A DNA stretch of 64,000 bases from NCBI GenBank assembly GCA_951406725.2, contig OX597815.1, forward strand, positions 34,534,001 to 34,598,000. Reading direction: 5' to 3'. The stretch is from Octopus vulgaris. Taxonomy: Eukaryota. Of the stretch, positions 1 to 13,829 are shown one piece after another (position 1 is the stretch's first letter; every line of letters starts with the position of its first letter). The notes under the pieces were generated by a model. It had not been told where the DNA came from, ran no database searches, and saw only the letters and a list, made by a program, of their open reading frames with translations. The position numbers and the translations under genes are program-made.

Positions 1-290
1 GGGATTAACGACCAGGTAGCAGTTCTATCTATCTATCTATCTATCTCCATCTTTTCCTCTTTAATGAGGCTCTACACACTTCACAGCAATAGTTTGCCTT
101 ACTAGTATTGAATTACAATGTATATGAAATAATAGGCATTGACGATGCACAAAATGGTTGACTGCATTTAAAATGAGAGGGCTTGCTCATTAGATATGAA
201 TTCCTAAAAGCGACAGAAGTTTGGTTATGTTAATGATGCGAAAACGTGTAAATTTCAACTTAGCTCTGAGTAATATGTTTTATAGCTTTT

Positions 291-579
291 ATCACGTGAC
301 CGACCAGTCCATCAGATGTAGTTACACATCGCTGGTCACAATGCGTTCGCATTGTTTTAGCCTTCGAATGACGCCACCCCGCTGGCTAAGCGAGCAGGCC
401 AACAGAAGAAAGAGTGGGAGAAAGAGTACAGCAGGGATCACCACCCCCTGCTGGAGCCTCGTGGAGCTTCTAGGTGTTTTCGCTCAATAAACACTCACAA
501 CGCCCGGTCTGGGAATCGAAACCGCGATCGTACGACCGCGAGTCCGCTGCCCTAACCACTGGGCCATTGCGGATCCACA
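291..579 (-). mobile_element. tRNA-derived SINE (family C), full length, 12-bp TSD
   Basis: Minus-strand head TGGCCCAGTGGTTAGG...GGTTTCGATTCCC gives A and B boxes. TSD tatagcttttat at 281-292 and 580-591. Head shared with 38568; tail shared with 54125, 54348 and the RTE end at 57521. Confidence 0.85.
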
Positions 580-1741
580 TATAGCTTTTATACTATGAGT
601 AATATAGCTCTTATAAGTAATATGCACTGTTGCTCTTATAATATGAATATTATGCGCTGCGTCAATAATACCATAGATAATATCAGCTATATCACTCATA
701 GTATAGGTAAGATGTCTTGTTTCTGATAATATGAATAATATTAATCCTCATCATCATTAACAGCAATAACAACAACAAAGACCGTTTTGTCTTACTCCAT
801 GCTACCAATCTTTTTAAAATTTGGATTTCAGACTTGTGCCCCATGTCCTTCTAGAAAAGATTTAATAAAGCTAATGCATTTTTAAAGATATTCATGACGA
901 GGGTAATTGAAATTAACTAAATATATTTTGACTCCCGTAGTATATTGGCCATAGCCCTTTAACTATAATCAACAGTAAGCTTCACGGGACCAATACAGTT
1001 ACCAGCTTGGTACCTGACGCGAATGAGATCAGCAAAAGCTGCAACAGCAAAAAAGGTTCAAAAGAATAGCCAGGAAGCATCGTACGTAGAGCAGGCTAAC
1101 AAGGGATGAGTTAGGATCTTATGTAGAAGTGTCCGTTAAAAAAATATATTGCAGTGTCCACCTAATACCAGTAAAACTAGCAATAAGCCTGCAACTTATT
1201 CTGGGAGGCGCGAGGTGGGAATACGGAGTATGTATGTCCTGAGATCCCGAGGTGGGTCCAGTAGGTAACAGCTGTTGATTGCTTTTGATAGGATCCTATG
1301 AATGATGTAGCAACGGACCCTACTTCCACGAACCCCTCAGAAGCAGTAAGATTTGTCTTGTATTCTATTAATATAATGGACTAAGAAACAGCTTCAAGAA
1401 CTATCTATATGCAAAGCACATACATATGGTTTTTTCATGAATGTTGCCTTCCCGCCTACCTAAAAAGTCAAAACACGAGGCAATATTCATGAGACTTCAC
1501 AAGGCGTCTGAGATATGCGAGAGGATGGAAGGATGCTTTTTTTCAAATCGGAGATCTAGACTGAATGCTTACAAGGGAGTGGATTTTGTAAAAGGCACTC
1601 ACGGTGCCAGGTTGTGGTGGCAAAGGTGCAACGGATGGAATACGGTAAGATTTGAACTCAGGGCGCCTAGAATTAGAACACATATGTATGTGCCTTTCCA
1701 GCATTATAAAATAGACTAATAAATATTACTTGCAAGATCTC

Positions 1742-2503
1742 CACATACATACATACATACATACATACATACATACATACATACATACATACATACATAC
1801 ATGCATACATACATACATACATGCATACATACATACATACATACGTACATACATACGTACATACATACATACATACATACATACATACATACATACATGC
1901 ATACATTCATACATACATACATACATACATACATACATACATACACATACATACATACATACATACATACATGCATGCATACATACATACATCCATACAT
2001 AGATACATACATGCATACATACATGCATACATACATACATACATACATGCATGCATACATACATACATAGATACATACATACATACATACATACATACAT
2101 ACATACATACATGCATACATACATACATACATCCATACAATACATACATACATACATACATACATACATACATACATACATACATACATACATACATACA
2201 TACATACATACATACATAAATACATACATACATACGTAATTATGTACATGCATATATGCATACTTACAAACAAAAATTCCTTGTTGGTGTTGCTCAAATT
2301 CCAACGAAGAAGCCTTGGATCTAGGTTAGAAACCGGCTCTTTCTCTAATAGCTAGGAATCTGGAAATAAAACTGAATAATCACATACACACGCACATACA
2401 CACACACACACTCACATACATACATACATACATACATACATACATACATACATACATACATACATACATACATACATACATACACTCGCACATACATACA
2501 CAC

Positions 2504-2535
<32 letters not shown>

Positions 2536-3410
2536 TCACATACATACATACATACATACATACATACATACATACACTCGCACATACATACACACACACA
2601 TACATACATACATACACACACACATACACACACACACATACATACATACATACATACATACATACACACATACGTACATACATACATACATACATACATA
2701 CATACACTCGCACAAACACACACATACATACATACACATATACATACATACACCCACACAAACATACACACACATACATACATACATACACACACACATA
2801 CATACATACATACATACATACATACATACATACATACATACACACATGCATACACACATACATACATACATACATACATACATACATACATACATACATA
2901 CATACATACATACATACATACATACATGCATACATACATACATACATACGTACGTACGTACATACATACATACATACATACATACATACATACATACATA
3001 CATACATAATTCATACATACGTACGTACATACATACATACATACATACATACATACATACATACATACATACATACATACATACATACATACATACATAC
3101 ATACATACATACATACATACATACATACATACATACATACATACATGCATGCATACATACATACGCAATTACGTACAAGCATATATGCATACTTACAAAC
3201 AAAAATTCCTGTTAGTGTTGCTCAAATTCCAACGAAGAAGCCTTGGATCTAGGTTAGAAACCAGCTCTTTCTCTAATAGCTAGAAATCTTGAAATATAAC
3301 TGAATAATCACATACACACGCACATACACGCACACACACACACACATACATATATACTTACATACACACACACACAAACATACACACATGCATATATACA
3401 TATATATATA
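1742..3410. repeat. (ACAT)n/(AC)n compound microsatellite containing a duplicated ~150-bp unique unit
   Basis: Long tetranucleotide arrays. The unique block at about 2235-2390 recurs at about 3165-3315; its 3' part recurs at about 34340-34430. Confidence 0.95.
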
Positions 3411-3412
3411 TA

Positions 3413-3625
3413 AAATGTGACCTCGTGCGTACCGTTGGCGATTTTTTTCCCTCTGTCTTCCCTTCTCTGGATCTTTCCTTCTCCTATGTTTTCGACGAAG
3501 AGCTCCGCTCGAAACGTTAAACCCTCCTTCTTTCCTTCTTTCCTGAGCGTCCAATAATACTTTATTTGTTCCACGTCCTCGCATTGTTGTGTTCTTTTGT
3601 GCTTTCTTGTTTGGATTAACTTTAT
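3413..3625 (+). mobile_element. Short PLE-terminal-repeat-like element (family HH1) with a degenerate hammerhead core
   Basis: tcGACGAaGAGCtccGCTCGAAACGTT at about 3492-3518; homologous to copies at 10120 and 35945; flanked by (AT)n. Confidence 0.65.
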
Positions 3626-4114
3626 ATATATATCCATACATACATACATACATACATACATACATACATACATACATACATACATACATACATACATACG
3701 TACATTGTAATTACGTTGAATGATTGTCAGGGGAAAATGGTACGTCTGACGACGTGTACATCACTTCATTCTGTTTACCAGTTTCAGACATTGCACTACA
3801 GCAGTTCGAGCAACAGAAGTTTATTTATGCATTTATTTATTTATTCATCTATTTATTTGTTAATGGATTATAATAACGCCAGTGCATATTTCTGTTTATT
3901 ACATATTTTATCATTCTGTATTTTCCCTTTATTGACGAAGTTACCTTTGACTTAACCAAACACCACTGCGTGACGACGGTATTAAGTTATTGCATATGAG
4001 ATTGACGACCGATGGTTGGTCAGTACTATCATCATAATGTACTTGCCGGTTAATTAGAAATTTTCTTTTGATTCCTCAAGGCCTAATATTTTTCCCTGTC
4101 CTCACAAACACGCA

Positions 4115-4376
4115 AATATTATATATATATGTATATGTGTGTGTGTGTGTACACATATACATAAAGGCAAGTATTTAATATATATAGATATATATATATG
4201 GTACATATACATGAGGCAAGTATTTAATATATATAGATATATATATATATGGTACATATACATGAGGCAAGTATTATATACATACATGTATATATATATA
4301 TGTATTTTGTCTATTATATATATGTATATATATACACATATATATACATATATGTATATATATATACATATATATT

Positions 4377-4432
<56 letters not shown>

Positions 4433-4464
4433 TATTTGTATATATATATACATATATATATTTG

Positions 4465-4496
<32 letters not shown>

Positions 4497-4760
4497 CATG
4501 TATATTTATGTATATATGTGTGTGTATATACATATATACATGCGCAGATATATTAACACATGCGTGCATATATACATGCATAATCTATTCATACAAACAT
4601 ACATACATACATGCACACATACTTGCATCTATACATATACATACATACATACATTAAATACATACATACATACATACATACATACATACATACATACATA
4701 CATACATACATACATACGTGCCAGCATGCATGCATGCCAGCTTGCATGCATATATACATA
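4115..4760. repeat. (AT)n/(ACAT)n compound microsatellite with a ~50-bp unit repeated about 2.5 times (4165-4275)
   Basis: Directly visible; aggcaagtatt recurs three times. Confidence 0.9.
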
Positions 4761-6004
4761 CATGAATACTTGCATAACTGTCGCGTGTGACATGGTAAAA
4801 GGGAAAGATGTTTCAAGTGCTTAATGTAACAAACCCAAAGCGAAATTATCCTCATTAACATATGCATAAGGCACTGGATTTCTTCCGTGTTTTGAACACG
4901 TGAAATAAATTCTCTTGAATCACCCGTTTAGTAACCAGGCTCTCCACTACGAAGATATTCACGATGGAATATTTAAAAAAAAAGGCATTACGTTAGGAAA
5001 TATACCACTTTGACAATTCTTTTTGACATGGCTATGGAAACGATCCTTTAGTAACGCAAGGAAAAGCTCACAAGGAATAAAGACAAAAGGAAGTTTTTAT
5101 GCAGCCATCACTTAAACCACAAGAGAGAACATTATCACTGTTCCGTAAAGTAGAAGAAAAGAAAAAAATCCACCTCACTCAAGTTGCCGATCATTTTAAG
5201 AAATAGGGATTTGTGGATCAAAGCTATTTAAGTGTCTAGTTTCTCCATGCACAAGACTAGCCTTGAATATTTTTGCTTTAAAATTCAAGAAGGAATGATT
5301 ATCACCATTAAGAACGACCCTATAAAGGGTATTGGTTATATCTATGCACAGCTCTTTTATGATGCAAAGAAATATGCTAAGATCTTTGGTTAGTTGAGGA
5401 AGGAACTAACCATTATTGACAAGTAAGTTGAGGATGCGGCAGATCAGCACGCTCTTATACAACTCTTATAGCATCTAATTCCTCTGGATTAAAGTACTCT
5501 CCTCTAAGAATATAAAAACATTTAGATCAAGCAATTAAAATCGATAATGTTTTCTAAGCTATGAAAACAAGTCTTTTCTTGTATGAAAACCAATAAATAC
5601 ATAAGGAAAGCGAGAAATATTCAAGCAAATTCTTACGAAATTGAGTAAATTTTGTTACATTATTTACGAGAGCGCAGTGTTGCGTTATATTAAACTTTCA
5701 GCGACCAATAAATATCTCAGACAAAACACTTTAATTAAGCGAATTCCCAACTTCACATGTTGCTGAAGAATTCTGGGAATCCCAATATTTTTGAAACCAT
5801 ACGAGAACACCAGCAAAAAGAAAATGGCATCTGAGATATGTATTTGTACAGCAGAGCATGTCCTGAAACTAAAAAGAACCTTCATTGTTATATGAGACAT
5901 AAAAGCAGATGTGTATCTGTTGAGGAACAAGCAGGCATCTTTGCACAATATCAATAACGGGAGTTAATTTCAAGTTAAGGAAGATTTGTTAAAATTTTAA
6001 CCTA

Positions 6005-6177
6005 TAGGCCTAGGAGTGGCTGTGTGGTAAGTAGCTTGCTTACGAACCACATGGTTCCAGGTTCAGTCCCACTGCGTGGCACCTTGAGCATGTGTCTTCT
6101 ACTATAGCCTCAGGCCGACCAAAGCCTTGTGAGTGGATTTGATAGACGGAAACTGAAAGAAGCCCGTCGTATATATG

Positions 6178-6233
<56 letters not shown>

Positions 6234-6443
6234 TGTGCCTGTGTTTGTCCTCCCAACATCGCATGACAACCAATGGTGGTGTGTTTACGTCCTCGTAACT
6301 TAGCGGTTCAGCGAAAGAGAATGATAGATTAAGTACTAGGCTTACAAAGAATAAGTCCTGTGGTCGTTTTGCTCGACTAAAGGCGGTGCTCCAGCATGAC
6401 CACAGTCAAATGGCTGAAACAACTAAAAGAGTAAAGAGAGAGT
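6005..6443 (+). mobile_element. tRNA-derived SINE family A with internal (GT)n; empty target site
   Basis: Head GGAGTGGCTGTGTGGTAAGTAGCTTGC...GGTTCAGTCCC; internal microsatellite; tail ...GAAACAACTAAAAGAGTAAAGAG; many homologous copies in the window. Confidence 0.9.
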
Positions 6444-7246
6444 ATGCCAGGCAGACATTTGTCACACACTTCTCGCATGCCAATCATTTCTCATAGAACA
6501 TGCATGATGCTGCAAAAATGTTCTCATGCTATTGCTGGGGCATTAAGACTGGAATATCATGAAGTAAATGTGAATGATGTCATCAACATGGGGCATGCGG
6601 TGGTAATCGTCCAATGGGAAAATGACACCGTATCATGTAGAGGAATGCGTGGAGGGGAAGCAAAAGTTCACAGAGATATGAATGGCTTGAAAGATTGAGA
6701 CGATTCAATTAGACTTTGTGGAAGCTCTCGGGCTTCTGTAAAATATTGCTGTCACCGCTGTCTAGAACACATTAAATTTTCTCATTTAACAAAGAAAGGG
6801 TGAGTTTATCCGGTTGGATAAAATCAATATAACGTGCACTCATGAAATGAAATTCCGGCAGTTTAAAAGACTTCAAAGGTTCAGTCAGAGCAACAAAAAG
6901 AATGGGTACAAGGTATGGATTTCTGTTGATGAAGGTTACAATAAGTTTGCATTTAAATCTCAGAGGCGTAGCAGAGTGATGACGAGTAAGGTGCGAAGAT
7001 ACCAAAGAAAACCTGATCGAAGATTTCTGGTCACAGTTTCATGAAGGTATTTTAATAATTTGAAAGGGACTGAGAAAAAAAGAGTACATTTCCATAATTC
7101 CTTCCGTTCCTTCACTGAACATTGGTACTGTTGAAAGATATGATAATGCATCAAGTACTGAAATCATGTTGATTTTCAATCGACTAGTGATGAACGGAGT
7201 TTCCTGCAGGTACTTAGATTTGAATGTAGATAATTATTTTTTCACA

Positions 7247-7347
<101 letters not shown>

Positions 7348-7496
7348 CATTATTTATATTATTATTTAATTGAACGCCACGCATCCATTTCCAAGTAAGT
7401 TTATCTTAATCTTTTTGATACGACTCTATTCTATACTGCTTTCTCTCCCATCCTTTTTTCTAAATACCTTTTTCTCCCCTTCACTGTTCTCTATCT

Positions 7497-7559
<63 letters not shown>

Positions 7560-7689
7560 GCTCACACGTCATCATCGTCCATCTTTCTTTTCCTCACGTG
7601 ATCATCTTTCTTTTCCTTCAGGACTGTCCTAAGGACTAGAGGTATGTAGTATCTCTCTCATCTATCTTTCCTCTTTTCAAAGAAAATAA

Positions 7690-7918
7690 TCCTCCAGCGT
7701 TCGCTATTTTTAACTCGTTTTGTTCAAACGACCCTCCATTTTTGTTTTCGTTCGGTTTTCTCGAAATGAGTAGATAGACAGCCGACAACTGATGAAGGGT
7801 CGTTCTTTGTGTTACTTGTCCTGTTTTCCATTTTTCTCTCGTTGTTTGCGTATTAAACTAATCTATTTTCGTATTTTATGTTGTTTACTGTTGGTGATGT
7901 CATGTACCCATATATGCA

Positions 7919-7920
<2 letters not shown>
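7690..7920 (+). mobile_element. Short repeat homologous to 57560-57900, with GAAA...CTGATGA motifs
   Basis: Both copies contain cGAAA..gagtagata..CTGAnGAAGGG and end in tgtacccat. Confidence 0.5.
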
Positions 7921-7967
<47 letters not shown>

Positions 7968-8095
7968 CCCGACATCCTATCCAAAACCCGGAGTTTTATC
8001 ATGGCTACCGAATAATTATCACATATATTTACAGATAAACTCCTGTATTTACATAATATCGAGGTATCTTTCATTCTTTTGCTGTCTTACCATTT

Positions 8096-8157
<62 letters not shown>

Positions 8158-8210
8158 TATATACTTTATTATTAAAGCTGCAAAAACATCACAGAATTAT
8201 CACAAACATT

Positions 8211-8244
8211 GCTACTCAGAGTTTCACGTTGCCGTTCATCGGGC
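8211..8244 (-). ncRNA. Minimal hammerhead-ribozyme-like motif (U4C variant)
   Basis: Minus strand reads gc-CCGATGA-ACG-gcaa-CGT-GAAAC-tctga-GTA-gc. Confidence 0.55.
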
Positions 8245-8267
8245 CGTTGTGATCAAGATTATATACA

Positions 8268-8780
8268 TATATATACTGTTGTATTTTGGGGTGGTCATTT
8301 TTTTTTTTCAAATAAACACATGCACTATATTTTCGTTTTTCACTCGTTTATTACTGTGCTTATTCTAACTCATGTCTATTGTCCGGAAATCTTTCGTCAC
8401 ACAGCTGTGACATTTTCTATCTTCGTGTGTGCTCTTGCTCTGCATATTCCATTCTGATCTTCTATGGAATAAGCAGAGGAAGAGCACACACGAAGACGGA
8501 AAGTGTCGCTGCGGAGGTCAGAGATGTGTGACGAAAGATTTCCGGACAAGACATGAGTTAGAATAAGGAAAGTAATAAACGAGTGAAGAACGAATGTATT
8601 GTGTATGTGTTTATTTGACAAAAAACAAGAGTAGCTGTATGGTAAGTAGCTTGCTTACGAACCACATGGTTCCGAGTTCATAAATACTGCTTGACATCTT
8701 GGGCAAGTATCTTCTACTCTAGCCTCGGTCCGAACAAAGCTTGTGAGTGGATCTGGGAAACGGAAACTGAAAGAAGACCG

Positions 8781-8845
<65 letters not shown>

Positions 8846-9115
8846 TGTGTGTGTGTGTGTGTTTGTATGTCTGTGTTTGTTCCCCCACCATCGCTTGACA
8901 ATCGATGTTGGTGTGCTTACGTTCCCGTAACTTAGCGGTTCGGCAAAAAGAGACCGATAGAATAAGTACTAGGCTTACAAAGAATGAGTCCTGAAGTCGA
9001 TTTGTTCGACTAAAGGCGGTGCTCCAGCATGGCCGCCGACAAATGACTGAAACAACTAAAAGAATACAAAAAGAATAAAAAAAGAAAAATAGAATCCCGA
9101 AATACAACAATATCT
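8268..9115. repeat. Long imperfect inverted repeat centred near 8458; right arm interrupted by a SINE A
   Basis: 8300-8453 pairs with 8463-8620; 8270-8300 pairs with 9085-9115; the right arm is homologous to 33450-33720. Confidence 0.85.
8626..9075 (+). mobile_element. SINE family A
   Basis: Same head, (GT)n core and tail as 6005-6443. Confidence 0.9.
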
Positions 9116-9159
9116 GTTTCAACAAACGACTTTACATTAGGAATCTTGTAACACAAATT

Positions 9160-9220
<61 letters not shown>

Positions 9221-9235
9221 GCATTATATACATAT

Positions 9236-9266
<31 letters not shown>

Positions 9267-9584
9267 CAGCAGTTTTTCCAAAACAGCATCAATGCCATCA
9301 CTCACTGAGTAATGTTCTTCGATTAAATAAAGTCAGTGGAAGGCAACTTAAACTCTTTGATAGCAGAATTGCAGGCATTTCGCGTGACAGTGGCGCTTTA
9401 TGGAGCAAATGGATGCCATAAATCTATGAAATCATACCTCGTGGGTTTCATTTTTGGTGAGATTAGAAATAACTAATAAAATACAATTACATTTGTATTG
9501 CGCTTTGTATATAATACGGAAATTTCTTGTCTGCTTCCATGCAGGCGATTGTTCTTCTCGTGTTAGAACTGTGGTTTCTAGTGC

Positions 9585-9763
9585 GTTGCTGTTGTTGTTG
9601 TCACTGTCGTGGTAGTTTGTCGTGATTTCCGTGGTTCTTGTTTTTGTTGTTGAGGATGTTGCTGATGAAGTTGCTTTTATTGTTGTTGTTTGTTGTTGCT
9701 GTTCTTACTGTTATCGCTGCTCTTTTTTGTTATTTTTGTTGTTGTTGCTGCTGCTGCTGCTGC

Positions 9764-9842
<79 letters not shown>

Positions 9843-9859
9843 GCTGCTGCTGCTGCTGC

Positions 9860-9908
<49 letters not shown>

Positions 9909-9915
9909 GCCGTTG
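9585..9915. repeat. (GTT)n/(GCT)n triplet microsatellite
   Basis: Directly visible. Confidence 0.95.
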
Positions 9916-10119
9916 TTTAGTCAAGGTCAACCATGATCAAACCGACATATAATCAGAGGTATCCCAGCTTTGACTATTCCTACCCCTTTTAAGGGACTGG
10001 AGAACTACATTATCGTATATATTAGTCATGAGCCAACTGCAGCCCGCACGACTTTCTGAATGGCACGCTAAATTAAAAAAATCAAGATTTTTTTTTAATG
10101 GTGCCGTCCACGTGATGAT

Positions 10120-10382
10120 GAACAATGTATCGTGCGGCCCGCTTCTACCATGCCTGGTGTCTTATTTACAACGACAGAGTGTGAACTATAGGAGAGAGCG
10201 ATTTCCTCCGTCTTCCCTTCTCTGGATCTTTCCTTTTCCTATGTTTCTGACGAAGAGCTCCGCTCGAAACGTAAAACCCTCCTTCTTCCCTTCCTTCCTG
10301 AGCGTCCAATAATACTATATTTATTCCACGTCCTCGCGTTGTTGTGTTTTCTCTTTGTGCTTTCATGTTTAGATTAACTTTA
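10120..10382 (+). mobile_element. HH1 short element with an intact minimal hammerhead core (10243-10277)
   Basis: gttt-CTGACGA-a-GAGC-tcc-GCTC-GAAAC-GTA-aaac. Confidence 0.7.
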
Positions 10383-11719
10383 TATATACATATATATATA
10401 TATATACGTAAAGAGTTAAAGGGAGATAGTTAAGGTCAGAGAGACAAAAATATACAGAGAGAGACAACGAGAGATAGAGAAGAAGAAAGAGGTATCTTAT
10501 TCATTTCAGCAGTTTGCGCAGCTATATTGAAGTTCTCATGTAGACCAATCAAGAATTTCTGGATACAATTATATTCCTGAAACACCATTCCGTGTGTAGC
10601 AAGGTTCTTGATTTTCTTTAATACTGATTACCCATAAATTAATATATGTCATTATAAGTACAAATTCAAAAACAAACAGAATAAGGTTTTTTTTTCGATC
10701 TTCATTACTTGCAAAGCAATGATCGTCAGCCCGACACCTTAACCACAGACGTATGTATGTGTGTATGTGAGTGTATATACGTATGTGTTTGCATGCATGC
10801 ATTTATATATGTATGTATATATGTATATATATATGTATGTGTGTGTGTGTGTATACATATATATATATGCACATGTGCATGTGTATATATCTATGTATAT
10901 ATAGATACATATATACGTTCATATGTACACATGTACATATATATATATATACTTATAGTGATTTTATATAAGGCGGTGTTCCAGCATGGCCGCAGTCAAA
11001 TGACTGAAACAAGTCAAAGAAATAAACACATGCATACATACATATGCATGCATATGTGCATACTACGAATTTACATATGTGTGCGAGTGTATGTTCGCGT
11101 GCGTTTGTGTGTGTGACTGTGGGTGTATATATATATAAATATATATATACATATAGATCAATAAATGGTGGGGTTGTGTTGACCGCACGTGGAGAAATAT
11201 ATATATATAGGGAGAATTCACACACACGCGTACATACATACACACACATATAAACACACACATACGCACATGCACGCACACACACACACGCGCACACATA
11301 CACACACGCACGCACGTGTTGGCCTACATCTCTAAGAATTACTTCATAGGAGTGTTGCTATTAGTTCGGTCGGTTCAATTATTGTAGCTCAGTGAAGAAT
11401 TTAACTGTTTTGAGGTGTAGCAGTTTCTTTGAAAGTGGAAGACAGAGAGAGAGATGGTGTGAGGAGAGGCTTGTCTCTTCGGTTATGGGCAAGTAAAAAT
11501 GACGAAATAATGGAAGTGTATGTAAGGATGCCGGAGGGCAATATGGAAATTGAGAGGAAAAGGTTTGGAGAAATGTGTGTGCGAGAGGTCGGGAGCCTAC
11601 CGTATGAGACGAAGCAAAGGAGAAGAAGCTGGAATTGTTGAGGGAAAGGCAGAATGCGTCAGTATTACCTCTGGCCAAGCAGACAGATTATGGTGGGACT
11701 CAAGTAAGTGGGAGAATAT

Positions 11720-12155
11720 TTGTGGTGTAAGAAGCTTGCTTCCCAACCTCACGGTTCTAGGTTCAAGCCCACACCATGGCATTTTTGGTAAGTGTCTTCT
11801 ACTATAAGCTCGGGCCGACCAAAGCCTTGTGAATGGATTTGGTAGTGGAAACTGAAAGAAGTCCGCCGCCCGCGCGTGTGTGTGTGTGTCTGTGTGTCTG
11901 TGTGTGCGTGTTTATGTGTGTGTGTGTATGTGTGTGTGTGTGGTTGTATATGTGTGTGTATATGTCCCTCTTTCACAGCCTGACAACCGGGGCTAGCATG
12001 CTTACGTCCTCGTAACATAGCCGTTCGGCAAAAGACACCGACCGAATAAGTACTAGGCTTAAAAAATAAGTCGTGGGGTTGATTTGTTCAACTAAAATCA
12101 TTCAAGCCGGTGCTCCTGTATGGCTTCGGCCAAATGGCAGAAACAAAGAAAAGAA
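11720..12155 (+). mobile_element. SINE family A, diverged, followed by (AGAT)n
   Basis: Homology to 6005-6443. Confidence 0.85.
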
Positions 12156-12156
12156 T

Positions 12157-12234
<78 letters not shown>

Positions 12235-12244
12235 GCGAGTATAT

Positions 12245-12465
12245 ACGGGATGATGCTGAAAAGTTCTTGCCATTAAGGGAATCGCGAAAGACCTGGGTGG
12301 AGGCCCAACCTTCCGAGTTCTTTGACAGGTCTTAGAAAAACTGAAGGACTGCTGTAATAAGTATGTAAATCTGAGAGGGGAATATGTTGAATAAAATCAT
12401 ATTTAACTAATCTTCCTGCCTTTCCTTTACCCAAAGCCGGGTACTTTTCAGCACCCCAGCTTGTA
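12245..12465. mobile_element. Tc1/mariner-type MITE
   Basis: TIRs gatgctgaaaagt and acttttcagcacc with TA ends; homologues at 35729 and 37888. Confidence 0.75.
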
Positions 12466-12521
12466 CGTCTGTCAGTGTATGTGTGTGAATTTGTCATTGT
12501 GTGTATGAGTATAATTGTATT

Positions 12522-12557
<36 letters not shown>

Positions 12558-13829
12558 GACGCAATCATCACGTATAGAAAGTCAAAATCACCAGCAATGG
12601 AAAATAAGTTTGTAGACAACTATTAGTCGTTAGGCCAAGTCTTTGAGAAAATCGCCAGATGTGTTTTTATACTTCCCATTGGATCACATTAGTGGAGTTG
12701 GTGTGATAGGAATATTTCAGTGTAAAACAACATTTGTGATTTAATCTCAAGTGGAAAGCAACATCGGTTTTTATTACTGACGAAACTGCTCTTGGCAAAA
12801 TATTATTATAAGCAACAAACCACCTGGGATGAGTTTTAATATTGCAAACACGGTGGCTCTTTTATGGCGAACCTTTGATATCGAGAAACCATAGAGCTTT
12901 GAATCATGCAGCTGTGAGGATTGAGCAACAGAATGTATCATTATGAAGAATTCTTAGTCGTCATCCAATAATTATTATTTTCTTAGAGACAAAATCAATT
13001 TTTGCAACAAAGGGAGTGGCTGGAACTGCTATAATCGAAGCAATCAATATCAGTATATTGTTGATCATTATTATGTTTTATCTACGCTCGAAGAGTTATT
13101 GAGAACATTGATATCGATGAGATTTGAACTCGGAGTTTTAGAACGTAGAGTTCTTAGGCGGCACCTCGCAACTCACTAGTGCGCCGTGGCACACTTATGA
13201 ATCACGAGATGTAGCTAAGTTCCATGATAAAATAATGGGATTACATTATAGAACGACGTAAGGGGTATCAGCCATCTGAATGTGGCTAGGCACTGGGGGG
13301 GGGGGAGGGTGTTACTGATGCTTTTAGCCCCAGGCGATCAACGTCACCAGAAGGACTTTAGACACTATCTCAGTGTCCTTGTGTTGTTTGTAAAGGGAGG
13401 TCATCCTCTCTCGAAGATCCGGGTACTACATACGGACTATAGTTTCGAGGTCATTGCCTCTTGTCAACGCATGGTAAGCACCGGCCTTCGATGAAGGATT
13501 ATAGAACGGAAAATTGGAAAATACAAACAGAAATTTTATGCTTCATTTATTCAATAGAGAAATAAGAATTAGATATTTTCTACTGTCTGAATCATATACA
13601 GGCTAAAAGATGTAAATAACTGTATCGTTTATCTTTTATCATTTATCTTTTATTATCGTTTATCTTTTATTAATATTATGCATTTAGTCCATAACTTCTC
13701 TCTCTCTCTCTCTTGGCCATCTATTTTTTCTCTTCGAATCAACAAGTCAGACTTTATGTAGTCGATTAGCCTATTAGCCTAGTAGTCAACTATTCCTCAA
13801 AACACAAGAATGTTAGGTGATGCCCGAAA

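Noticed and set aside
500-579. tRNA gene candidates at SINE heads (also 35400-35488 and 38570-38645)
   Set aside because: They continue into SINE bodies, with a TSD where checked, so they are tRNA-derived heads and not tRNA genes.
1673-4867. Many long ORFs (MYVC.., HTYI.., YIYI..)
   Set aside because: Translations of (ACAT)n, (AT)n and (AC)n microsatellites that lack stop codons; the same applies to similar ORFs across the window.
4950-5990. Possible decayed hAT transposase C-terminus (FPTSHVAEEF)
   Set aside because: Only one weak motif; too degenerate to support by eye.
6445-7180. Possible decayed Tigger/pogo coding remnant
   Set aside because: No intact motif or TIR identified.
9622-9952. 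Poly-Q/poly-L/poly-C ORFs
   Set aside because: Triplet microsatellite with no flanking coding context or splice evidence.
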